A DNA stretch of 40,716 nt. It comes from a virus. Lineage: Duplodnaviria; Heunggongvirae; Uroviricota; Caudoviricetes. A program made the position numbers and the translations under genes. The notes under the pieces were generated by a model. It was not told the DNA's origin. It saw only the letters and a list, made by a program, of their open reading frames with translations, and searched no databases. The first letter of the stretch is position 1. Each line of letters opens with the position of its first letter. Below are positions 9,827 through 19,566 of this stretch, in pieces. The stretch lies in the IMG/VR virus record IMGVR_UViG_2636415959_000005. One strand, 5' to 3'.

Positions 9827-11244
9827 TACTCAATCCTTATCTGAGCGCCAGACAGAGTGACAGGTGACTTCGTGATAACGCGCAATTTGAAGCCGACATT
9901 TTTCCTGATGCGCCCGACTCGCTTCCACAAAACACGTTTGTCGTAAACGAACGGTTCATTCTGTTCAATCATCTGCTCACGTCCGTAATTTATGCCGTCA
10001 GTGGTTGCAGAGAGGAACAGGCGGTCGGCGTACTGAGCTACGCCAGTGGATGATTCCACCTCCAGATCGAAGCATCTGGCGTTATCCGCTTTGAACAACG
10101 GAGTAAACAGCAGGTGTTCCTGTTGCTTGTCGTACTGGCTGCTGATGTCGAACTGCAATTTCCCGGTCACCGATTCCAGCTTATCGCCGCACGTTATCTG
10201 ATTGCCTTCGTAAATGAAGTCGATAGCGCGGTACACATCGTCATACAGGCCAGTTTTCAACACACACCATTGCGGACCATTGGCGCTTGAAGATGCGTCG
10301 TACACGAGAACATGGCGCGGAAGGTGGATAATCAGCAACTCATGAGCATCAAATCGCAGCGATTCCATCACACCATCAGCCAGTTCATCAGCAGTGTAGG
10401 AGCGGAGGATTTTCTCAATGCTCGCGCTGGCGATTGGTGACACCTGACCGGAGCCGATGATGTATACAGACGGCGCACCTGTTGCCGGATTGCTTATGAA
10501 CGCATACGAATCAGCAAACGGCGTTTTGCAGTAAGTCCCGGCGATGCCTTTTTGCACCATCAGTGATGGCTGTGCGACATACAAAGCGGCACCAACGGTG
10601 GTTGCGCCAGTCAGGGAGAAATATTCAATCGTCGATGAGCCAAAGCAAACGATGAAGTCTCGCCATGTACCTATGCCGATGATGCCGTCCGGCTGCGATT
10701 CTGCGCGATATTGTGCACTGTATCGGTCAGGGTGCGATTCGTCTTCAAGGTCAGTGATAAACCATGAATCAGTTCCGTCTTTTGACCACGCATAACGCCC
10801 ACGTAAGCGCGTAATGTCGCGAACTGAACCTAACTCATACTGTGTGAATCCGCTGTCTGTAGGCCAGTTTGAGACGGTTCTAACCGTGCCATCATAGCGA
10901 TACTCGACCAGTTGCCCGTTAACGCCAACCGCCTGTGATGTCCGACCATGTGCCATTGATACGCGACCACTTCCGGCAACATCACCAACCTCACTTTCTC
11001 CTTTGTACAGTTTGCCACCACACACGCGATAAACAGCACTCTGCGCCATGTTGTACTCGACGCCGCGAGATACACCGTTCACATCAGAACGTTTGGCAAT
11101 GCCCGGGAATGAGCGAAGATATCCGCTGCTGTTGAGGATTTCTTTGGGTGTAGCCAACATATTCACTGGCAGATAGTCGATATAGTCGGCGTTTCTAAAG
11201 TCTTTGCCGACACCTTTCATAAGCGGAAGTTGCTGAATCGGCAT
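9826..11244 (-). CDS. Tail hub/accessory protein (P22 gp10-like)
   Basis: 472-aa ORF, the length I recall for P22 gp10, in the conserved position. Confidence 0.75.
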   Translation of the reverse strand: MPIQQLPLMKGVGKDFRNADYIDYLPVNMLATPKEILNSSGYLRSFPGIAKRSDVNGVSRGVEYNMAQSAVYRVCGGKLYKGESEVGDVAGSGRVSMAHGRTSQAVGVNGQLVEYRYDGTVRTVSNWPTDSGFTQYELGSVRDITRLRGRYAWSKDGTDSWFITDLEDESHPDRYSAQYRAESQPDGIIGIGTWRDFIVCFGSSTIEYFSLTGATTVGAALYVAQPSLMVQKGIAGTYCKTPFADSYAFISNPATGAPSVYIIGSGQVSPIASASIEKILRSYTADELADGVMESLRFDAHELLIIHLPRHVLVYDASSSANGPQWCVLKTGLYDDVYRAIDFIYEGNQITCGDKLESVTGKLQFDISSQYDKQQEHLLFTPLFKADNARCFDLEVESSTGVAQYADRLFLSATTDGINYGREQMIEQNEPFVYDKRVLWKRVGRIRKNVGFKLRVITKSPVTLSGAQIRIE

Positions 11245-11253
11245 TTATTCACC

Positions 11254-11715
11254 TCACGTACTCGGATCATCTTTCTCGATGTAAAACCGATTCCACGTAA
11301 ACGCGCTTTTGTTACCACTACCGCGAGGCATATCATTTCGCCGCTCAAGTGGTGGTATTTTGGTTAAAGCGATACAGATTGTCTGATATGCACTGTCAGC
11401 AGCGGTAAGGAGAGCGTCTGACGGCTGAATGACGTTATCCATGCACACTTGCACAGCGAGTTTCAAAGCGACGCCATCATTTGCCCATGCAGGGATACCT
11501 GAATCATCGTCAGGTAACGGCATGATGCCGTTTTCTGTATCCGCAAACTGATATCCAAGCTCGATACCTTTCGCCTGCCATGCTGCCATCATGTCTTCGA
11601 GGTCATTAATGGCATCTTCAATTGCCTGAGGGTCGGCATCTGTCAACGTGGCATTGGAATACAGCCCGGCTTTTCGTAAAGCCTTAAGAACGAGATCACC
11701 CTTCGTTTTCGCCAT
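11254..11715 (-). CDS. Head-to-tail adaptor (P22 gp4-like)
   Basis: 153-aa ORF in the conserved position after the coat gene. Confidence 0.65.
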   Translation of the reverse strand: MAKTKGDLVLKALRKAGLYSNATLTDADPQAIEDAINDLEDMMAAWQAKGIELGYQFADTENGIMPLPDDDSGIPAWANDGVALKLAVQVCMDNVIQPSDALLTAADSAYQTICIALTKIPPLERRNDMPRGSGNKSAFTWNRFYIEKDDPST

Positions 11716-11884
11716 CTTCTTCCGCCTTAGCCACTTTTTGCTTCGTTGCGGTTTCTTCAGGGGTTTTTACCCAGCCTTTTTTCAGGTGAGATTTAACTTC
11801 TCCGTCATCAACAATGATGTAATCGACAGCAAACTGACCACAGGTGATCATGTTGCCAGGCTTATAGAGCATTGTTCGTGCCAT
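11696..11884 (-). CDS. Small hypothetical protein downstream of the coat gene
   Basis: 62 aa from MARTMLYKPG…; gggag-type RBS upstream; lies just after the coat-gene terminator hairpin. Confidence 0.45.
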   Translation of the reverse strand: MARTMLYKPGNMITCGQFAVDYIIVDDGEVKSHLKKGWVKTPEETATKQKVAKAEEDGENEG

Positions 11885-11895
11885 TGTCTTCTCCC

Positions 11896-11920
11896 AATAA
11901 AAATGGGGCCGAAGCCCCAC
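11896..11920 (-). terminator. Hairpin plus T-tract immediately after the coat gene (likely attenuator)
   Basis: Minus-strand GGGGCttcgGCCCC followed by ATTTTTATT, directly after the coat stop codon. Confidence 0.6.
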
Positions 11921-11925
11921 TAAAA

Positions 11926-13179
11926 TTACTGCCCGGCAATAACGATGCCCGTATATTCAGGAACCAGTACAGAGCAACCGTACAGAGTGGTGAAACGCGC
12001 AGTGGTTACGCCTTTGATATGGTCGAAGGCGTAAGACATGATCAGCGTAGCGCCCTGCTCGGTGGTTGCTGTCATTACCTGTGGACCCTGACCAGTCGGG
12101 AACGCCAGTTTGCCGTACATCAGTTCAACAGAACCATCAGCCCAGAACAGGTTAGCCGGTGCGGCATTTTTGTTGAGAATGGTGATTGCTGCGCTACTTG
12201 CCGCATTAGCATCAACGTTTGCATATGGTTGGCTGGCGACATCCGCGTTGTCAGGCGGCAGAATTTTCGGGGAGATGGTTACTGTCGTTCCGCTCACTGC
12301 CAGAACGCGGAATACCTGCGGCTGCCCGGTGGTATCTTTGGTGATCTGGTGTACAGAATTCACCCCTGCGATGGTAAACGCATCGCCAACCTGCAAACCT
12401 TCAGCAGATACCGTAATGGTCCCCTGTCGGTTATCCACTGGCATATCGTTAGCATCTTTCGCTTCAACCTTGTGCGCAGGTGCTGCCGCCAGCGTAATGG
12501 AAGTTGCTGTACCCTTCGGAACACGACCAGAAATATCGGTCTTGTAGCTATCGAAGGACGCAACCGGAGGGATCTGCGCTTTTTCGTATGCTGTCAGGGT
12601 TGCGCCCTGAGCATAGGCACGGTGACCAAGCTCGCCAGCAAGGTCTTTGTAGTTGAAGGGATTCCAGAAAGAGCGACGGTTGATACCCTGAGGTACACCA
12701 ATCGCCGTCATGGTGGCATCAATACCTGCCGCGCAGTTCCACAAATCACGGCCCTGTGTACCTGTGGTTGAGTCAGCCATCGTGATCACGTTAGTAGCAC
12801 GCTGCGTGACCATGGAAATCAGGTCAGAGTCAATCTGTGCAGCAAGGCGCATACCTGCGGCTCGACCAGCTTCAGTTTTATGTTCCGGGTCACGCATTTC
12901 ACGCGCATCCAGAGTGTACAGAATGTTTTTTGGCTCCTTGAACACGGAAGGAACAAGGCGCTGAACCAGTGCGGTAGGCGTTTTGCTGCTGAGATCGAGG
13001 CCTTCCTCAATGTTCATGTGGTAATGCTGCGGACGATACAGAACATCGCCTGCTCGCTGCATTGCAGTATCACCGGGACGGAATTTTTTAGCGTTACGGG
13101 AAACTACGCAGGCGGCCTCAAAGCCTTCAACGTAGTTTTCGAACATGATTTCAAGGTCTTTTGCTAATTGGTTAGCCAT
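11926..13179 (-). CDS. Major capsid (coat) protein, P22/Sf6-like
   Basis: 417-aa ORF following the scaffold gene; size and order match the P22-like coat protein. Confidence 0.85.
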   Translation of the reverse strand: MANQLAKDLEIMFENYVEGFEAACVVSRNAKKFRPGDTAMQRAGDVLYRPQHYHMNIEEGLDLSSKTPTALVQRLVPSVFKEPKNILYTLDAREMRDPEHKTEAGRAAGMRLAAQIDSDLISMVTQRATNVITMADSTTGTQGRDLWNCAAGIDATMTAIGVPQGINRRSFWNPFNYKDLAGELGHRAYAQGATLTAYEKAQIPPVASFDSYKTDISGRVPKGTATSITLAAAPAHKVEAKDANDMPVDNRQGTITVSAEGLQVGDAFTIAGVNSVHQITKDTTGQPQVFRVLAVSGTTVTISPKILPPDNADVASQPYANVDANAASSAAITILNKNAAPANLFWADGSVELMYGKLAFPTGQGPQVMTATTEQGATLIMSYAFDHIKGVTTARFTTLYGCSVLVPEYTGIVIAGQ

Positions 13180-13197
13180 GCTTAATGCTCCGATAGG

Positions 13198-14091
13198 TTA
13201 TTTTTTTGCCTTTTTAGCGGCGAAATACGGCGTCCAGTCACCAGTTTCCAGCGCCTTGGCTTTCAATTTGTCGAGGTTGTTGATTACTGCGCCGTTGCTC
13301 CCCTTAACTGTCGGGGTTGTGGCTGCCGTGGTTTTTGCTTTTGGCATGATTCTGGCCTTCGATTCGATACGTTCCAGCAGACGACCAATTACTACGGGGT
13401 TGGTAGCTTCTGCCAGTTGCTTGCGCAGTTCAGCGTTGCGACCGAGTGCCAGAACAACGATTTCCGGCTTCTCTGACTCAAACAGGATCGCGTTTTGTGT
13501 CTCGATGGGGATTTCCTCGAGTACGGCCTGTTCTGCTTCCTGATAGCCAGGAACCTTGAGAGCCTTAACACGTTGCTGATATTTGGATAATCGCTCTTGA
13601 TAAGCAGCCTGAAGCTCCTGCTCCTTCTGCTTGCGAGCCATCTCCTGTTGCTGGTACTTTCCGTTATCCTCTGCCCACTTAGCCATGCGTTGCTGATAGA
13701 TTTCTTCATCGAAACCGATGTCCTCATCATCCAGTTTTGGCATTCGCGGTGGTTGAGTGATTACCGGCTGCTGCTCGACGGGTTTCTGAGACTGACGCAT
13801 CAGCTCTTTCAGCTCGCGGTCTTTCTCTTTAATCGTCTTGCGCAGGTGTTTTACCAGTCCATGCTCTGCGCTATCTTCGCTGGTTGGCGAATCCAGCTTT
13901 TCGTCACCAAAGTAGAATTCCTGTTCTGATTCGTCGTCATCAGTTTCAGTAGCTTCCTCTGCATCATTGCCGGAGGACTCACTGCCATCTTCTGTTTCGA
14001 CTTCTTCAGCCAGTTCGACATCATCAGGAATCTGCTCTGACGCGTCGGTTTCGATTTCAACTTCTGGTGTGTTTTCTGCCATCTGGTCCAT
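13198..14091 (-). CDS. Scaffolding protein
   Basis: 297-aa ORF with acidic N-terminus, charged coiled-coil middle and basic C-terminus (…AKKAKK); sits between portal and coat. Confidence 0.8.
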   Translation of the reverse strand: MDQMAENTPEVEIETDASEQIPDDVELAEEVETEDGSESSGNDAEEATETDDDESEQEFYFGDEKLDSPTSEDSAEHGLVKHLRKTIKEKDRELKELMRQSQKPVEQQPVITQPPRMPKLDDEDIGFDEEIYQQRMAKWAEDNGKYQQQEMARKQKEQELQAAYQERLSKYQQRVKALKVPGYQEAEQAVLEEIPIETQNAILFESEKPEIVVLALGRNAELRKQLAEATNPVVIGRLLERIESKARIMPKAKTTAATTPTVKGSNGAVINNLDKLKAKALETGDWTPYFAAKKAKK

Positions 14092-14181
14092 TTGTTACCC
14101 CTGTTTACTCGATGTTCAGCCCATCGGAAGGCAATAGGGTGCCAGGCCTCATAAAGACAGCCATTGCACGTTATGGGTTAA

Positions 14182-16380
14182 TTACTGCTGTGGTTGTTGC
14201 TGAGTTGGTTTTTGCAGGATGCTGCTGATGTCCATGCGCTGCGCATGGCCCTGTGCCTGACTTTTCAGGACAAGCTCTGCATCAGCACGGGCATTATCTC
14301 CTTGCTGTTGCTGGAACTGTCCGAGCAGTTTCAGCGCCTCACGGATATCAGATTTTTGCTGGCTATCGGCAGATGCGAGGATTTTCACAACATTTGCCGC
14401 AGCAACCTGAGCATCCGTCTGTGCCTGGAATGCTTTAACCTGAATGGCTGCCTGCTCGTTCTGCGCTTTCTGCAATTCAGCCTGACCAGCAAGAAGCTGA
14501 CCTTGCGCAGCAACCATAGCCGGATCTGGCTGGCTGGCCTGTTGTTGTTTCGCCTGCTCAACCATCTGCTGTTCTTCTGGCGTTCTCGGCTTGATAACTC
14601 CAGACAGAAGCAACTGATTGCGGTTGTATTCTTTAAGGTCGTCCATCCCTTCGCCGTCCATATTGTCGAGGATCATCGACGATACAAGGTCGTGTTTCGG
14701 CGTTCCGGGCGGGATAAGTGCCAGCATGGAAAGTAACGACTTAACCGTTGCATCACGGCGAGTAGCGAACGACTGACCAACATCGACAGTCACTTCATAG
14801 TTACCCTGCGAAAGGTCGTTAAGCGCGATAACCTGCCCTGTCTGACGGTCAACCACTTCACCAGTCATCAGCGCCACATCATCGCTGCCGTCCTCATTAA
14901 CGATACGCATCGGCGTATCACTGCCATAGACCTCACGCGCCATAGAAAGCCACACAACGCCAGCGCGACGCATGGATTTAGCCATGTTGTCCATGTAGAT
15001 ATAGGACTGCGTGTCCATCCGGTTAAAAATGCTATCAACGGTATCGGTGGCGACGTTGCTCGGCATGTTCTCAAGCTGCGACGCACCTGTAATTTGCTGA
15101 ATAGCCGTTCCGGTGTACTGCAATAGCCCGGCAAGAGCAGGAGGCATTTGTGTCGGAGGTGTCCAGCCAGCAACCTGAGCCTCTGAAATGACCGTTCCGT
15201 TTTTGTCCTTCTTGCTGGTCATGGGAAGAACTGCAGGCCTTTTCTTATTTCTCTCTGCCCAGTGATTCATTAATGGACCGGGAATGAAATCAACATCCAC
15301 GATAGGAATGCCATCACCGCCAGCCTGAGTAGCGTTATCTGCAATCATGGAAACCATCAGGTTCTCAAGACGCTGTGCATCCATCGCTTTTGCTGCGTGG
15401 CCTTCGATTCGCTCCTGATTATCAACAAATGAGCGACGCCCATATACCGGGATGAGAGGAATATGTTCGCCCGGAATACGCTTCGGTTCTTCCAGCCATT
15501 CAGCGCCAGACAGAAGACCGCAATAAACTCTGCGTTTCTTCACTGTCCGCTCACCAATCAGTTCGAATGCGCCATCGGTCAGCTCGTCGACAATATCTTT
15601 GATTTGCTCTTCATCATAGATTGCCGTTTCTCCGCTAACAGGGTTGCGCCATGCCGTGAGCTTCACCTTCTCTATGCGAACTTCGTAGTAGCGTCCAACA
15701 TAGATGGCATCGGGCGTTGACCAGTCATACTGAGTACCAGTGTCATCACGAGAAAGGCTTGCTGCGATGGAATCAGGGTATTCAGCCTCGAACGCTTTGG
15801 GCGTCATGGAGAACATTTCCATAGCCCACATAGCATCAGAGCGGTCATATTGCTTGCTGTCCTGATCGAAGAAGACGCATGTCGCTGGGTCGTAAACAGG
15901 AAGAAGGCTGATGCGTCGCTGCTCGTTACTCGGATCCATTTCATCTTCGTAATCGGCACACATGCGGAAACAACCGAATCCGCCCGTTACAGCATCATCA
16001 AATGCGTTATCACACGCTTCACCACCGGATGTTTCCTGATAGTCAGCGCGGAATTTACCATTCATCTTTTCGGCTAACGCTTCCGATGCCTTATCGTCCT
16101 TCGGCCTGAATTTAACGCTGATGCGATTCTGTCGATACTCGCCAATGATGCGATCACATTCACGGGCAATCTTATTCAGTTCAAAGCGCGGGTAATGCTC
16201 AAACCTGCCTTCATCAAATGAGTAACCAGCGTTTGTGCTGCCTTCCCACTGTGCGCCGGACACCCGGACGAAACGTTGAGCCTCAATAATCTGCTCACGC
16301 ATATCCTGCGTTGCTGACCAGGCATTATCAAAGTTGCACAGCACCTTGCGATGCCAGTCAGTCATCTTTTTTTCTGCCAT
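14182..16380 (-). CDS. Portal protein (P22 gp1-like)
   Basis: 732-aa ORF immediately after the large terminase; long C-terminal Gln/Ala-rich helical tail as in P22 portal. Confidence 0.85.
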   Translation of the reverse strand: MAEKKMTDWHRKVLCNFDNAWSATQDMREQIIEAQRFVRVSGAQWEGSTNAGYSFDEGRFEHYPRFELNKIARECDRIIGEYRQNRISVKFRPKDDKASEALAEKMNGKFRADYQETSGGEACDNAFDDAVTGGFGCFRMCADYEDEMDPSNEQRRISLLPVYDPATCVFFDQDSKQYDRSDAMWAMEMFSMTPKAFEAEYPDSIAASLSRDDTGTQYDWSTPDAIYVGRYYEVRIEKVKLTAWRNPVSGETAIYDEEQIKDIVDELTDGAFELIGERTVKKRRVYCGLLSGAEWLEEPKRIPGEHIPLIPVYGRRSFVDNQERIEGHAAKAMDAQRLENLMVSMIADNATQAGGDGIPIVDVDFIPGPLMNHWAERNKKRPAVLPMTSKKDKNGTVISEAQVAGWTPPTQMPPALAGLLQYTGTAIQQITGASQLENMPSNVATDTVDSIFNRMDTQSYIYMDNMAKSMRRAGVVWLSMAREVYGSDTPMRIVNEDGSDDVALMTGEVVDRQTGQVIALNDLSQGNYEVTVDVGQSFATRRDATVKSLLSMLALIPPGTPKHDLVSSMILDNMDGEGMDDLKEYNRNQLLLSGVIKPRTPEEQQMVEQAKQQQASQPDPAMVAAQGQLLAGQAELQKAQNEQAAIQVKAFQAQTDAQVAAANVVKILASADSQQKSDIREALKLLGQFQQQQGDNARADAELVLKSQAQGHAQRMDISSILQKPTQQQPQQ

Positions 16381-16381
16381 A

Positions 16382-17797
16382 TCAACCTACACCACAAGGA
16401 ATTGAGTAACTGGAATAGTCGGGTTGCGCAGCCGACTCCGGGCAATGCATACACATCATCAACGCATCAGCCAGGTTAGGAGATGGAATACCGAGCTTCT
16501 GCTTCATTTCGACCTTAGTCATTAGCTCCAGCTTCCCGTTGTTATTGAATTTGCGCTGAATCTGCGTCAGTTCTGCAAACAGCTTCTCCAGTATCTTCTC
16601 GCCTATCGCTTCTTTGTCGAAACTCAGCATGTCGTCGGGATCTGCATACTCACCGTGAACAACCGCCCGATATGTCAGATACAGCCTGTCAGCCAGCGCG
16701 TAATAGAATTGCGCTCGCTTATTGCGGAATACATCGCCAATAGTGCGAACGTTGTCACCCTGTACGACTTCATCAGCCCATGCTCCGGCCTGATATGGTG
16801 CATCTTCATCGAATGGCGATTCACTGCCCTTGAACATCGTGGCGGTGATTTTCTTGCCGGAGAACGCTTCCGTTGTCTGTCTGCGTAGCCCCGCACCGAC
16901 GCCATCACCATCCCACAGGTAATGGTCAGCGCCGTCTTCAATCGCCAGCGAAGTAGCCCAGTCAGCACCCTCGTTGATGTCCATCAGCAGACCTTCGGCA
17001 ATGCGCTTAACTACCGAACCGTGACGCGATGCGTAACCTTTAGCATCTGGCCCTGTATCTGATGGGTCATGCGCAGAGACAACCGCGCCCTTCGCTTTCC
17101 ATCCGAGTTTCTTGTGCGCATCGGTTGCGGCTTCAAGCCATTCACGTTTGATGATTGCCATATCACTTGCGCTTACTGGCTCACCAAGCCAGATGTGACG
17201 ATACAATGTCGGATTTCTGCGTTTGCACTCTTCCATCTCCAGACGGAGAACTTCAGGAAAGTGCGGGTTGTCGGTGTAGTTCACCGTCAGCAGACAAATA
17301 TCATTGGGAGGGTTTACTACGAATCGCTGATAGGTATCGTCGAGGATGTTTTTCGGGTTGAAGCTCACCCATATTTCGGAAAATGGCTTGCGGATGGTTG
17401 GTATCAGGATATCCCATGATTCCTTCGTTACCGCTTCCGCTTCCTCCACCCAGCAGATATCAATACCTTCGAGCGATTTAATCTTCGTCGGGTTGTTTTT
17501 GATGCCGTAGAACATGAATTCAGCGTTCGTTCCGAGATGACGAATCATGGAACGCTGAATTTCAAACTCGGCCGAATACCCTTCCCGCTCTATGGTGTCT
17601 TCAAGCAACCGGATTACCGAATCGCTGATACTGTTTTGCAGTTCACGAGCGCAGAGAATACGCACAGGCTGCCGACGCGCCGCTTCAACAAGCAGTCTCG
17701 CAATTGCCCATGATTTACCGCTACCTCGACCGCCTTTGGCGACTTTGTAGCGATGCGCCTCAATGAACGGTTCAAAGATAGGATTAATCGAGGTCAT
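16382..17797 (-). CDS. Terminase large subunit
   Basis: 471-aa ORF with Walker A-like N-terminus (VAKGGRGSGKSWA); size and position match Sf6/P22 large terminase. Confidence 0.9.
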   Translation of the reverse strand: MTSINPIFEPFIEAHRYKVAKGGRGSGKSWAIARLLVEAARRQPVRILCARELQNSISDSVIRLLEDTIEREGYSAEFEIQRSMIRHLGTNAEFMFYGIKNNPTKIKSLEGIDICWVEEAEAVTKESWDILIPTIRKPFSEIWVSFNPKNILDDTYQRFVVNPPNDICLLTVNYTDNPHFPEVLRLEMEECKRRNPTLYRHIWLGEPVSASDMAIIKREWLEAATDAHKKLGWKAKGAVVSAHDPSDTGPDAKGYASRHGSVVKRIAEGLLMDINEGADWATSLAIEDGADHYLWDGDGVGAGLRRQTTEAFSGKKITATMFKGSESPFDEDAPYQAGAWADEVVQGDNVRTIGDVFRNKRAQFYYALADRLYLTYRAVVHGEYADPDDMLSFDKEAIGEKILEKLFAELTQIQRKFNNNGKLELMTKVEMKQKLGIPSPNLADALMMCMHCPESAAQPDYSSYSIPCGVG

Positions 17798-18222
17798 TTT
17801 CCGAATAGAGTACTCATCGGTGATGTTTCAATCTGGATTGCGCCGCCGTCCTTACCGACAAGCTCGTTAGTTACCTTGTCGCCATACTTACGGGGATTCA
17901 TTCGGGCCAACGCCCATTTGCGTGTATCAACGCGAAGTCTTGCCTTTGCCACCTCAGCAGCATCTGGAATCGCATTGTCAGCAATTTCGAATATCTCTTC
18001 GAAAATAGAATCAGCTCGTGCCTCAGTTGCCTTCGCGTACTTGTCGCGAAAATCCTCATGCTTTGCCAACCAGCGGAAAACAGTGGACTTATCCGGCATA
18101 CCAGGACGCTTACATACTTTCAGCAAACTTTCGCCAGAAGAAAGCAACGAGCAGATATCGTCAGCCACCTCCGGCATATAATCAGAGGGGCGACCAGCTT
18201 TTGGTTCAGTCGCCATATTCAT
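17794..18222 (-). CDS. Terminase small subunit (Sf6 gp1-like)
   Basis: Translation (…MATEPKAGRPSDYMPEVADDICSLL…) matches my recollection of Sf6 small terminase; overlaps the large-terminase start. Start may be MATEPK (18216). Confidence 0.8.
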   Translation of the reverse strand: MNMATEPKAGRPSDYMPEVADDICSLLSSGESLLKVCKRPGMPDKSTVFRWLAKHEDFRDKYAKATEARADSIFEEIFEIADNAIPDAAEVAKARLRVDTRKWALARMNPRKYGDKVTNELVGKDGGAIQIETSPMSTLFGK

Positions 18223-18239
18223 CTCACTTAATTGTCATT

Positions 18240-18419
18240 TCAGGCTGAGGACTCTTTCGCGCCTTCAATCAGTGACTGCTTCAGCAATTCGAGTGTACCA
18301 ATCGCCTCGCATAAACTGATTTCACCATCGTAATCATGGATGACGCTTTCCAGCCGCTCGTATAGCTCTTGAGTAATTGGGAATTTCTTCTCCTTACCCA
18401 AATTGATTACGCGGCTCAC
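18240..18419 (-). CDS. Possible small protein with GTG start (59 aa)
   Basis: Open frame VSRVINLGKEKKFPITQELYERLESVIHDYDGEISLCEAIGTLELLKQSLIEGAKESSA with a ggag RBS 7 nt upstream of the GTG; no in-frame ATG. Confidence 0.3.
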   Translation of the reverse strand: MSRVINLGKEKKFPITQELYERLESVIHDYDGEISLCEAIGTLELLKQSLIEGAKESSA

Positions 18420-18420
18420 A

Positions 18421-18663
18421 TCATGCTCCGGTGGTGAACAGGTCTAACGCTTCCTTCGATTTACGCACCGCTTCGAATGTGCGGATCGTGATATCTGAAT
18501 TAGCGCCGCCTGACTGGAAGTGAATTTTGAATAGCTCAAGCTTCAGCTCGTCAGTGCCAATGAACTGAAATGCTTCCTCTGCGGCTGCGTTCTGGTTCAT
18601 GACCAGTTTGTAAATCTCTAACTGGAATTTCTGTTCTTCAGTCATGGGAATAATCTCTGCCAT
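18421..18663 (-). CDS. Hypothetical small protein (80 aa)
   Basis: ORF with a ggag RBS about 9 nt upstream of the ATG; no homolog recognised. Confidence 0.5.
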   Translation of the reverse strand: MAEIIPMTEEQKFQLEIYKLVMNQNAAAEEAFQFIGTDELKLELFKIHFQSGGANSDITIRTFEAVRKSKEALDLFTTGA

Positions 18664-18685
18664 TGTTGGCTCCGTTTATCCGTTA

Positions 18686-18711
18686 AAAGGGATATCAGTT
18701 AAGATATCCCG
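18686..18711. repeat. Perfect 8-bp inverted repeat GGGATATC-agttaa-GATATCCC in a 287-bp non-coding spacer
   Basis: Read directly; on the minus strand it is followed by TTTTAACGG, so it may act as a terminator or attenuator. Confidence 0.5.
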
Positions 18712-18966
18712 TGTAGGGTATAAGCCATTGTCGAGACCACTCATTGAATGGTCTCTGCAATAACCGATGTCTTTCCATCAGTCCGCCACCACAAAGAATC
18801 TTTTTTGCCATAAGGCAGGAGGTTCATCTTTCAGTGGCTGCCAGTGTTATTTCCCCACTTTCTGGCTTGGGTTGTTTCGCTGTACTGCCGTTAACTGGTG
18901 ACCTAGAATAAATTCCGGTTTCATTATCAAGCCCACCCGTAGATGGGCTTTGTAATGCCTACATGG

Positions 18967-19488
18967 TTAAATGATTTGCCAGTCTTCTGCTAGAACATCA
19001 GTCTGACTAGCCAGCCACGGCACTAATTTATCGTCCGCTGTTTTCATGGCGATATACGGAAGTTGTTTCGGAGATCGTTTCGATTCTCCATGCGTACCTT
19101 CAGGCAACTCAAAGACGCGACTGCAAAAGCAAGGCGTACTGCCAGTATGAACAGCCTCAGTGTACGGTTTAACGTATGCCAGCCACATGCCCTTACCATT
19201 CCAGCCAGCACGGGCAACTTTATTCCCCAACTTGAGCGCTTCAATGGCAAGGCCGAAACTTAGCCCTGATACCGGACGATAAGCCTTTTCGAATACTTCT
19301 TTTGGACTCCAGCTAACGTAGCCATCAAAGCGATCGGTGTTAGGTTTTCCGCCATCAAGATATTCAACCAGATAGCCTTCATCCTCGCCGTTTTCTCCGG
19401 CAGGAAGCTGCCAGCCACGAAAATCGTTATATGCCTGTCTCGTCATCGGAAAGGCGTTAATCAGTTTTACGCCAATATGCTGGGTCAT
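18967..19488 (-). CDS. Two-domain hypothetical protein; C-terminal half resembles the DUF2829 family
   Basis: 173-aa ORF; C-terminal motifs (…ALKLGNKVARAGWNGKGMWLAY…PWLASQTDVLAEDWQII) resemble DUF2829 as I recall it. Not verified by profile search. Confidence 0.45.
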   Translation of the reverse strand: MTQHIGVKLINAFPMTRQAYNDFRGWQLPAGENGEDEGYLVEYLDGGKPNTDRFDGYVSWSPKEVFEKAYRPVSGLSFGLAIEALKLGNKVARAGWNGKGMWLAYVKPYTEAVHTGSTPCFCSRVFELPEGTHGESKRSPKQLPYIAMKTADDKLVPWLASQTDVLAEDWQII

Positions 19489-19566
19489 AAAATTACCTAT
19501 AGAGTTGGGAATAAAAAGCCCCGCATCGCGAGGCTCATTAAATGGACTTTGTGATTTGCAAAAAAA

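Noticed and set aside
11872-12771. 299-aa plus-strand ORF antisense to the coat gene
   Set aside because: Overlaps the well-supported coat gene on the opposite strand; Arg/Cys-rich, no start context; regarded as a frame artefact.
14194-14736. 180-aa plus-strand ORF antisense to the portal gene
   Set aside because: Lies within the C-terminal Gln/Ala-rich repeat coding region of the portal gene, where several frames are open by chance.
18018-18248. 76-aa plus-strand ORF between terminase and the small ORFs
   Set aside because: Overlaps the terminase small subunit start and the candidate minus-strand small ORF; opposite to late-operon transcription; Pro/Arg-rich with no RBS.
18664-18966. tRNA gene in the non-coding spacer
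   Set aside because: I could not find an acceptor stem with a 7-bp pairing and a T-loop consensus by eye; it cannot be excluded without a covariance-model scan.
18223-19566. lambda cos site and bor/lom-type lipoprotein genes expected after Rz
   Set aside because: No lambda cos sequence or Nu1/A terminase genes found; a P22/Sf6-type small/large terminase pair follows instead, so packaging is presumably headful from a pac site.
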